Source: Guillardia theta CCMP2712 (lineage: Eukaryota > Protista > Cryptophyta). Taken from it: 64,000 nt of DNA. Positions within the stretch are counted from its first letter, which is position 1. Every line of letters starts with the position of its first letter. A model generated the notes under the pieces. It was not told the origin of the DNA and did not search any database. It saw only the letters and a program-made list of their open reading frames with translations. Below, piece by piece: positions 54,169-64,000 of this stretch. Position numbers and translations under genes: made by a program. The stretch lies in NCBI RefSeq assembly GCF_000315625.1, contig NW_005434640.1, positions 1-64,000 on the forward strand. The letters run 5' to 3'.

Positions 54169-55739
54169 TCACTGGCGGCCAGCGCTCTGCGAGCTGGCCC
54201 AGAGCGACTGGAAGTACTGGAGGCTATCAAACCCTCTCCTGGTCAGGCGAGCCGCCTGCTCCTTCACGTTCTCGTACGTCTGGTTGAGCTCCTCGATGTC
54301 CTGCCAGTCCTTCAGCTCTCCTGCCCACCTCTCAACTTTGAAGCTTTCACACGCCTTTGGAGGATGCTCCACCAGCCTCAACGCGTCCTGAGTAGAAGGG
54401 GTCGCGTCCCCGCAGCAGCGCCTGGTGACCTCGTAGGACCGCTTCAAAGCCTCCTGGGCTCCAGCTTGGTTCTTCCTCGACAACCGCAGCTGCGTGCACC
54501 AAGTTAGAGGTCGCGCGCTCTCCTCCTACCGTTGACCTGGGCCACGTTGTCCCACCAGATCGCCTTGGTCGGATGAAACTTTGGGAGGACCTTTGAGGCT
54601 GTCAGAGCTACCAGAGGGATTAGGATGGAACGGGCCTGATCCGCCCCCTTCAGGACCCTCAGCCATATCTCCTCTGCGCTTCCATCCGCAACTGCCTAGG
54701 AGAACGTCAGTTTCGAAAGAGGTGATTAACATCATTGTTGTCAACAATTGTTCTTATCATCGTTGCCATCGTGCATGATATCAACACCACCCTTGTACAA
54801 TCATCATCGTCACCATCTGTATCAATATCTCGATCGCGCACATCTGAACTCTCTATCAGCACCTCCTCGTCCTTAGCGTACACACTCCCAAGCTCTCGCA
54901 GAGCCTCCAACACAATATGGTGCGTCTCGTGAAACACGTCATGCTGTAGCACAAGTCAAGGAAGATGAGGAGAAGGAGAAGAGGATACTTCAAGGATCTC
55001 CTCTACTTCTTCCAAGTCCTGCAAACAGCAGCCACAATGTCAGTCACCATGCCGCTACCAGCTCAACCCCTCTCAGCTACCTCAGGCCCTTCCTCCATCA
55101 AGGCTTTCTCAATCTCAAGGAACCTCTAGCAACGGGGATGTCAGAACACAACATTCTTGATTGCCGGTCAAAAATTTCAGCACCTTCCTGGACTTTTTGT
55201 CCAGTTGAGACTTGCACTTTTCACAGACCCAATCACTGGGTTTGGAGCCCTCGCCCAATGGGCACACCTGGCGTCCATCGTTCAGTCTGAGTTGTCAGAA
55301 CTTACATCTTGTCCTCTACCTTCCCCTTGCACTGTTTCACCGGGCAGATGAAAGCCCTCATCACATCCGGCAAGGTAGTGCAGCGCGGGCAAAGACACAG
55401 GAAGTCATAGGAGTCCTTCAAGAGCTTTCTGCAAGGCGAATCAGACCCAAGGAACTCAGGGCAACAGGGATGGAAAACCTCCGGACGGCCGTGGGCTCGA
55501 AGGTGGAGTCGTTATAGTCTATCGACAGGCTTTCACCCTTCTTGATGGAATTCTACCAACAAGGCAGAGTCAGGTGGAGAAATAGGCTGGAGTGAGATCC
55601 CTATCGGGCAGAGCAAAACGAAAATGATAAGAGAGGAGATGCGAAGAAATGGCTCTTGAGTAGATGGACTTCAAGAGAAGGAGAATGAGAAGAAGAAGGA
55701 AAAGGAGAAGAATGAGGGGGAGGAGGAGGGGGAGGAGGA

Positions 55740-55770
<31 letters not shown>

Positions 55771-56747
55771 AGAAGGATCAGGAGTGGAATCATCGATATT
55801 ACCAGCGCTGTTACCCAGAGTTGAGTTCCATAGGTGGAGAAGTTGCAGTTCGGTGCGCAGCTGTGCTCCATCAAGCACCCCAGCAGGAACAGCCCGCTGC
55901 CCCCCCACTCCCCCAGCTCGTGGGAGTTGGTGTTGAGGATCGAGAGCATCCTAGCTGCATCCTCGTCCGAGACAGTCGGGGGGATGATCGCCTTGGCCAC
56001 TTTGTGCTTCCTGACAGCACTGACCGCCTTCCTGCAGCTCTCCATGTTCGCAGCTGTGCAAGGGCTCAGGTGGACCATCACTGCTGGGTCTGAGCTGGAC
56101 TTGCTCAGGAGCTTGATGAACCTCCTCGCGCTGTCTAGCTCTTCGATGCTCTCGAGGCCCTCCAGGAACCTTTCGATCTCCTCCATGTTGGCAGCGACTG
56201 CAGGGGGGTACTTGTGCTGGACCCTGCTGCACTCGGAGCTGCGGTGGGGCTCGTGGCATTCGATGCAGCGGTGCGCGTGCCAAGAGGCAGCGACGAGCGG
56301 CTCCTCCTCGAGAATGATCTCTCCTGCCTCGATGTCCCTCGCCGCCACCATGATCCTGCCTTTCACCGGGCAATGGCCGACGTGCCATGCCAGCGATGAG
56401 TTATGGGGTTGATGCTTGCTCTTGGACATGTGGCGAGCGGTCCCATGTGCCTTCCCCCCTTTCCCATCCCCTTCATGAGCATCTTGCGGCTGATACGTCT
56501 CCTCCTTATCTTTCTCGCGCTTCTTCTTCCCTTTCTTCCCCTCCTGATCCCTCGCCCTCGCGCCTCCCTTCTCCCTCACTTCCTTCACGCCCTGCCCTTC
56601 TCCTCCTTGCTTCAGCTTCTCCTTGTTCTCCTTCTCGTCCCTCCTCCTCTTCTCTTCGATCACTCTCCGCCAGTACTCCTCCTCCTCCCGCTCCTTCACC
56701 ACGTTCTCCCTGATCCGCTTCTTGCAGCCCAGCCCGCGTTTCCCCAT
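54169..56747 (-). CDS. SMYD-like SET-domain lysine methyltransferase
   Basis: KGRIMVAARDIEAGEIILEEEPL, a Cys/His insert, NTNSH...GLF...MEHSCAPNC, IKKGESLSIDY, post-SET FLCLCPRC, and a helical C-terminal region. Confidence 0.85.
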
Positions 56748-57137
56748 TATCGGGGGCTGATGGGACAGTACCCCTCCTTGTTTAGTACCCCCTGTCTTCA
56801 GGTAATAAATACCCCTCCAATCGTTCAGCCCTCATCCCCAGTCAAGTTCACGTGCGATGGAGGATGATGAGCCTGAGGTAAGGGAGGAGGAGGAGGAGCA
56901 GCAGGAGGAGGAGCAGCAGGAGCAGGAGTAGGAGCAGGAGCAGGAGGAGCAAGAGCTGGAGCTGGAGTAGGAGCAGGAGCAAGAGGAGCAGGAGGAGGAG
57001 CAGGAGGAGGAGCAGGAGGAGGAAAGGGCTAGGAGCATGAGAGGTTGTGGCAAGGGTAGGGTTGAAAACGAGGGTTCTGTTGATGAAGCGACGATCTAGC
57101 GTCGGGAGCAATGACATTAGCAAGTATTATAGCATAG

Positions 57138-60100
57138 ATGAAGAAGGGTATTGCAAAGCCTCTTATTCTAGCAAGAATCTCATGGTAATGGTGATACTAA
57201 TGTAACGAAAGGAAAGTGAGCAAGTAGCAGTTGGTTTGTTGGGCTGACCTGGGTCTCACAGCTGACGAGGGAGGATCGGTCGTTCTTCAAGAAGAACAAG
57301 CATGGAGCTTCTTCGTTCCTTTTCAACAGCAGCCTTGATGAGCTGGGGGAACAGACCAAGGGGAAGAACCAGAAGAAGAAGAAGAAGGAGCTTGACAAAG
57401 AGAACGATGCGCCCGTAAAGGCGAGCAGGGAGGAGAAGGACTACGAGAGCAAACCGAGACAGAGCAAGCACTGGGAGGAAGAGGCGGAGAAGGAGAGGAA
57501 GGAAGGGCTTCCTATCAAGTTGCCGGATGGGAGTCTGAAGAAGGTGCGAAGAGAGAAGGCTATCCCCGAGGACGACACGACAGAACACGCTCCTCTGAGT
57601 AGGAAGGCGCTGAAGAAGGCGAGGAGGGCACACGAGCAAGCCAAGAAGCAGGGGGAGGGGGAGCCAGAAAAGGAGGACGGGGAGGGCGAGGAGAAGCAGG
57701 AGGAGGAAGAAGAGAACGTCGAGGAGCCCGAGGTCCCAAAGACGCAGGACGAGAAGAAGCTCATCATTGCCGAATGCGGCAGTGCCATCATGAAGGACCC
57801 GGAGGCAAACATCAGCCAACTCTCGTCCCTGCACTCCTTCTGCTCAGATCCTGACCTCGTCGTTGCAAAGCTTGCGATTCTCTCAGAGACAGCCGTGTTC
57901 TCCGACATCATCCCTGGGTACAGGATCCGCCTCCCTACGCAGAAGGAGAAGGAAATGAAGGTGTCAAAGGAGGTGGCGAAGCAGCGCAAGTACGAGGCTG
58001 CGATCCTTAAAGGGTACCAGAAGTTCCTGCAGTTCCTGGAGGGATACGGGAGGAAGGTGGAAAACAAGGCCAAGGACCTCGCGCAGAGCGGAGACGATGC
58101 GGCGGTCAGAGGAAGCATGTTGTACATCGTGGTGATGAGCATGGCGAGCTTGCTGAAGAAGCTGCCTCACTTCAACTTCGCCAAGAACATCATGCAGTCG
58201 CTCATCAGGAGGCTGGAGTCTCCGGTCGACCTTATCGCCGACGCTGCTCTCTCCGCCCTCAAGGAGCTGGTGGATCAGAGTATCCTCAACGATACTGTTG
58301 CTGAGTGCGTTCACATGATCGCCAACGTGGTGAAGGAGAGGGGAGGAAAAGTTCGACCGCAGGTTCTGAGCGTTTTCCTCAAGCTGAGAATAAGCTCGGA
58401 GATGCTGGAGGGGGGGAAGAAAAAGTCGAAGCAGAAGCAAGACGAGGAGGAGGAGGACCTGGAGAACTCGCTTGCGGAAGGGCATGCGACTGTGGCGAAG
58501 GAGGAGGTGAAAAGAGTGGCAACGGGCATCCTGGAGTCAGTGCTCAATACCTACTTCCGCGTCCTCAAGATGCAGCCTATCCAGCCGCAGCTGCTTCCTC
58601 CGGTCATGGAGGGCTTGTCCCGGTTCGCCCATCTGATCAACATCGACTTCTTCTCCGACCTCCTGCAGGCCATCAAGGCGCTCATGATTGCCGAGGACGA
58701 CGCGGGTAGCGAGGAGGAGAAGGGGGCGCGTCTCTCGGTGGAGAGCTCGCTGCACAGCGTGATCTGCGTGTTCAAGTGCCTGCACAACCAGGGGGAAGTG
58801 TGGGACCTCGACCTGCAGGACTTCTACGACGTGCTCTTCCGCTCCATCCCCCGCATCGCGTCCTCCCCTTCCGAGCTTGGCAACGTTTCTCTGCTCCTCG
58901 AAGCTCTCCGCATGACCCTCTTCGACCTCCGCCAGCTGTCCACCGACCGAGTCGCAGGGTTTGTGAAGCGGCTCCTTGACCTGTCGCTCCATGTTCCACC
59001 GCAGCACGCCATGGCGATCCTGTCCCTTGTGCGGCAGCTCTTTACCCGCTACCCGAAGGTGGGGAAGGAGGGAGAGGAGGAGGGAGAGAGGAGGAGGGAG
59101 AGAGGAGGAGGGAGAGAGAAGGAGGGAGAGAGAAGGAGGGAGAGATGCGTGTTGGCTCTGAGTGTTCATGCAGGCTCGTAGGTTGTTGGATACGGAGCAC
59201 GCTTGTGTCGGAATTTACAATCCAGGTGAGAGAAAGGGGAGGTACGATGAGATGGAGGGAAGACAAGAGGAAGAAGGGAAAGGAATGAAGACGGGAGAGG
59301 AACAATTACGACGTTGGGAGGGGAAGAGAATGAAGAGAATGGAAATTTGGATCTTCGGCTTGTCCTGAGCGTTTCTCTGAGCGTTTCTTGTTCAGAGGTT
59401 GGCAATGCGGAGCTTTCAAATGCGCTTGCAAGCACGGCTTGGGAGATGAACTTGCTGGCTTGCTCCTACCATCCACATCAGGTGAACAGAGCAGAGGATG
59501 GGAGGAAGACAGAGGAGGGAGTAGGTGACTGTGGTCGTTTGAGAGCGAGAGGAGGAGAGGAATCGGGAGGAGGCGAGGAGAAGAAAAGTGTTTGACGCGT
59601 TTTATGCTCAGCAAACAGCGGCGACTGAAGTTGCCGGGATGACGCAGGAGAACACGTTGGACGAGGATCGCTACAGGTACGGGAGAAGAGAAGTGAAGGA
59701 GACATCTGAGGGATCAGAGCAAAGGGGAGGAGTGAGAGAATGGAGGAAGTCTGGGGTCGAAGAAGAGGGAGGGAGGGGAGAGGAGGGAGGAGAGAGGAGG
59801 GGTGGGAGAGGAGGAGGAGAACAGGTAGAGAGGGAGAGCTGGAGTGCGAGTGGGAGTCGGAGCGAGAGACTGATTTCCTTGCAGGGCCCTGATCACCTCA
59901 AAGCCCTTTGAGAGCTTGTTGAAACAGTATGACTCTACCAAGGCAAGGAGTCCTCTACCTCCTCCCTGCTCTCTCTATTTGCCCTGTTTATCTTCATTCT
60001 ATCTATCTGTGCTCTATTTCCAAAATTCCTGTCTTGACCCTCCTCTCCTTTCTGCCCTTCTTTGCCTATTCCCCTTCCTTGCCTCGTCAACGTAATTTCC

Positions 60101-60302
60101 TTTCCTCATCCTTACTCACGTTTCTGCTGTCTTGCTCTGACTGCTCGCAGGGAGGATTCAACCCTCCTATCAAGCAACCTTCTCCGCATCCCTTGATGGT
60201 ACTCTACGAGAAGAGGAGCAGGTGACACAAGCTCGATAGTCCCATGGGAGAAGCAGGAAGGAGAGAAAGAATAGGATCACAGGAGCAGGAGCATGAATAG
60301 GA

Positions 60303-60335
<33 letters not shown>

Positions 60336-60765
60336 AGGGAGGGGGAACAGGAACAGCAGGGAGAGCAGGAGGGAGAGGAAGTTTGGGGAGCAGGAGCAGG
60401 AACAGGGCAGGAGCAGGAACAGGGGTTTGGGGATGGGGGATAGTGATAACAAAGGCGTTCAACCAGGAAAGCAAAACGAACGAGGGACAGCCGACCCATC
60501 GAACTTTTCGTCAGCGAGCCAAAGCACGCGGACTCGAATTTCCTCAAGGTGAACCCTCCTGTAATTGATCTCATCCTATCCTCGTCCTTGTCCTTGTCCT
60601 CGTCCTCGTCCTCGTCTTCACTCTCAGATCTCTTAATCCCTCTCCCTTCCTTCCGTCATCCGCCTCTGTCCCCGCATCTCTCCTTGCTCACAGGAGCTTC
60701 TCCTGCAGGCGTTGAAGGCAAGGAATGGCAACGATCACTGTGTGGCCCAGAAGGTGAGGCTGTGA
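57138..60765 (+). CDS. NOC3: Nucleolar complex protein 3 (NOC3, CBF/Mak21 family)
   Basis: KLAILSETAVFSDIIPGYRIRLPT..EKEMKVSKEV...RKYE..IL..YQKFL, LPHFNF, YFRVLK, EGLSRFAHLINIDFFSDLL and RVAGFVKRL. Start and end approximate. Confidence 0.92.
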
Positions 60766-60825
60766 TGATGTTGATTCACACGTTGACAATCTGCGAACTA
60801 GAACTTGGAAAATCTGAACAACTCG

Positions 60826-61098
60826 ATGTGCGCGCAAGATGTGATGTCCTTCTTCAACAAGACAGCAGGAGTGCAAGCAGGTACTTTCATCTTGTTCATT
60901 GGCATCATCCTTACCACAACCCTCATCATCGCACTCTCCACTTCTCTACACATCTCTTCCCCATCCCCGGCGGCTCATGCTCTGAATGCAGTCAAACAAG
61001 TGAAGCGACAGAAGCTATCGAGCCAAAAGACAAATGCTGTGATCGGAAAGGCGGCGATCAAGAACAAAACGACCCGCAAGAAGATCAGCCGCAAGTAG
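60826..61098 (+). CDS. Possible small single-TM protein with a basic tail
   Basis: GTFILFIGIILTTTLIIAL followed by a K/R-rich tail; little room for a promoter after NOC3. Confidence 0.3.
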   Translation: MCAQDVMSFFNKTAGVQAGTFILFIGIILTTTLIIALSTSLHISSPSPAAHALNAVKQVKRQKLSSQKTNAVIGKAAIKNKTTRKKISRK

Positions 61099-62207
61099 CC
61101 GACGTTGTTCTAATATTCTCACATCAGCATTACCTGAAGCTGTACAGACTTGTTGATAATGAACATGAAAGTGCCAAGGGTCTTGTCATGTGAGACCATC
61201 AATCTCTCTCCGTCCTCGGCTATCTCCCTCCCCTGTCCCATGTACATCTTTCAACTGTCTTCTTATCTCGAATTCTCCTCCTCCTCTCTTTCCCCCCTGC
61301 CCCCCTGTCTGCCTGCCCCCCCCTCCCTTCCCTCCCTTCCTCCCTTCCTTCCTGCCTCCCTCCCTCCCTCCCTCCCTGTCGTCTCCTAGATTCAGAGTAC
61401 CGGTACTACGATCATCCATCATTCGTGGGTGCACCCCATCAAACTCAGCGTACCACCCACCCCTCTGACATATTTGACAACCCCACCCCAAATATCTCCC
61501 TCCTGCAAGCGGCTACTCCTTGCGGAAGCAGAATGCCAACGGAGTGGGAGAGGAGGGAAGGAGTAAGAGAGAAAGAGGAGGAGGAGAGGTGAAGGAGGAG
61601 GAGGAGGAGGAGGAGGAGGAAGAGGAGGAAGAGGAGGAGGAAGAGGAGGAAGAGGAGGAGGAGAGGAGGAGGAGGGGGAGGAAGGTGAAACAGGAGGAGC
61701 GAAGACAAGAACAGAGAGAGAAGGCAGAGTTGTGTACTAGATGGGATGAAAGCGAAGAGAGAATGGTACCAAGGAAGGGCTGGGCAGGACAACAGGTATC
61801 GGGCAGGACAGCCCAAAGCGGTGGGCGAGAGGGAAGAAGTTGGAGAGTGGTTGGGAGATGTGTGGGGAGATGAGATGAGATGAGATTAGCATGTCGAGAT
61901 TACCAGACAGAGCAGAGGCCAAGCGGACAGGTTCTAGCCGATTTTTGTGTGGCGTGTAGTTCCATGTAGATAATGAAGGAAGCATTGTTGTCATTCAAAG
62001 ATCCTGCTGATATGATATGCATGCAACTCAACATGGCGCTGGCATGCTCTCCCTTCGATGCCCCTGACAGAGTGGTTCATAACAGCTGCAGATCAGTAAC
62101 AAACATGGATGGCGCCATGGCAACGGGCCTCCCCCTCATCTTCCTCCTCTCTCAGGCTGGCATGCAAACACGAGGCATGGTCTAAAACCGCAAGCGTGTC
62201 TATCAGA

Positions 62208-63753
62208 ATGTCAGCGTCGTTGATAGGAATGCCGAGGAGCGCTGCATTGCTCCTTCTGATCGCCCCCCTCGCAGCTTCCATGAGTCATGCGCCGCATGCT
62301 CGGTCGCCCGCCGCCTTCCTGGAGGAGTCGACGTGCAAGCAGCTGTTGAACGAGTCCGCATGCTTCCTGAGGGACGGATGCGCCTGGTGCTTCGAGGATG
62401 GAGATCGCAGCAGCAGCCAGAAGTTCTGCATGGCATGGCAGGAGTGCGGGGGCCCCTCGAGCCTCTGCGAGCTCCGGGGGAACGAGTCAACGTGCAACGG
62501 GAAGGATGGGGACCCAAACAAGACGAGCAACTGCCGGTGGTGTCTGACGGAGAGCCGCTGCGTGACGGGCCTGTGGGAGGGTGGCAACGTGAGCAAGGCA
62601 GATCAGGGGCAGTGCGTTGGATGCGACGGAGAGTTCGACAGCGGGGCGGACTTCGACGTCTGCGAGGTCTGCGGTGGAGCGTGCGTGGAGCCGTATATCA
62701 GGACAGATAACCCATCCTGCTCCTGCCTCGGATGCGACGGGACTCCCTTCTCTGGCCTTGTGGTGGACGCGTGCGGGGTGTGCGGGGGGAGCAACGATAG
62801 CTGCACTATCTACCCGTTCACCTTCGAGCAGTCCATCGGAGTTTCTCTTGCGCTGTCCGGTAACTTTGTGATCTCCCTCAGCCTCAACCTGCAGAAGTAC
62901 ACACACAACCAGAACCAGGAGCTGTCAGGAGGAGAGCGGTCGTACACCGACATCCCCTTGTGGTGGGTCGGTATGGGCCTTATGGTCCTGGGCGAAACAG
63001 GGAACTTTCTGGCGTACGCGTATGCTCCTGCTACCCTCGTTGCTCCCCTCGGTGCCGTCACGGTGATCAGCAATAGCATCCTCGCTCACTACGTGCTCAA
63101 GGAGGACTTGAGGCCGAGGAACGTCGCCGGCGTCGTCCTCGCAATCCTCGGCGCTGTCCTCATCGTCGTGTATGCACCAGACTCGCAGAAGCAGTTGACC
63201 ATGGAGCTGCTGGAGCAGTACATGAGCGAGACCTCCTTCATCATCTTCATCATCTTCATCCTCCTCACCATCACAGGGCTTCACGCGCTGGGGGAGCAGT
63301 ACAAGAAGCGGTATGTGGTGCTGTACCTGCTCATGTGCTCCCTGTACGGATCGCTCACGGTCATGTGCGTCAAGGGAGTTTCAACTGCCTTCATTCTCAC
63401 CATGTCGGGGCACAACGCTTTCAATCACCTGCTGCCTTGGGTCCTGGTGATCACCATGATCGTCACCACCATCACTCAGATCCGCATCCTCAACCTTGCC
63501 ATGATCAACTTCGGTGCTTCGGAGGTGGTCCCGGTCTACTACGTCCTCTTCACCTTCTGCTCGGTGCGTTGGTTGCAGACAGAGATAGGAGAGAAGAGGA
63601 GGGTTAACGACGAGGAGAGTAGAACCAGGAACGGATATGGAGGGAGAAAGGGGAAAGCAGATGGAGAAGGAAGAGGAGGGAGAGGGATGAAAGAATTGAA
63701 ATGAAGGGGGCTGAGAGGTGGGAAAGAGAAGCAGGGAGATAGCGTGGACAAGG

Positions 63754-63843
<90 letters not shown>

Positions 63844-64000
63844 GCTCAGGTTGACTTGCAGTGGACGCAGGTGGTAGGGGGGATGGTCCTGTACAAGGAG
63901 TACCATCAGAACTGCCCCGACCAGGACCTGCCGTGCAACAAGACTCTCTTCTTCCTCCTCGGCATCTTCGTGACCTTCTCCGGCGTCTACCTCATCACCT
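62208..64000 (+). CDS. NIPA-family Mg2+ transporter (DMT superfamily) with an N-terminal signal peptide and Cys-rich ectodomain; continues beyond the window
   Basis: LNLQKY...LWWVGMGLMVLGETGNFLAYAYAPATLVAPLGAVTVISNSILAHYVLKE, LNLAMINFGASEVVPVYYVLFT, and the next exon VVGGMVLYKEY. Confidence 0.9.

Noticed and set aside
60880-60935. Short similarity (TTGGCATC...CACAACCCTCA) to 34334-34370 in the inverted-repeat leader
   Set aside because: Only two short matches with different spacing; cannot be distinguished from chance without an alignment statistic.

Overview
Eukaryotic nuclear DNA. The short GT-AG introns with CTGAC branch points, purine/pyrimidine microsatellite-filled introns, bipartite plastid-targeting presequences and an RWP-RK factor suggest a cryptophyte alga such as Guillardia theta; this is inference. 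About 20 protein genes were reconstructed by eye: a coiled-coil protein, a Kelch protein, a SAP-domain protein, a PEX11-like protein, an IQ/coiled-coil protein, two near-identical MDR oxidoreductases in a ~1.9 kb inverted duplication, a 6TM voltage-gated K+-channel-family protein, SAS-6, an RWP-RK factor, a PH-like protein, a SMYD-like SET protein, NOC3, a NIPA Mg2+ transporter with a Cys-rich ectodomain, and several hypotheticals. There are two assembly gaps. I saw no rRNA, tRNA, CRISPR array or transposase. The most striking unexplained structure is a set of about 10 intergenic, mostly GC-rich islands built from a small vocabulary of short, largely palindromic words. Three internal pairs of homologous sequence differ by gain or loss of exactly those words, which points to a localized short-word insertion process. 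Other notable items are TACCCC clusters upstream of many genes, a K+ channel with a CCVGFGD filter and an 8-Cys turret, and a duplicated MDR copy that abuts or truncates a neighbouring gene. Exon boundaries are manual and approximate unless stated.
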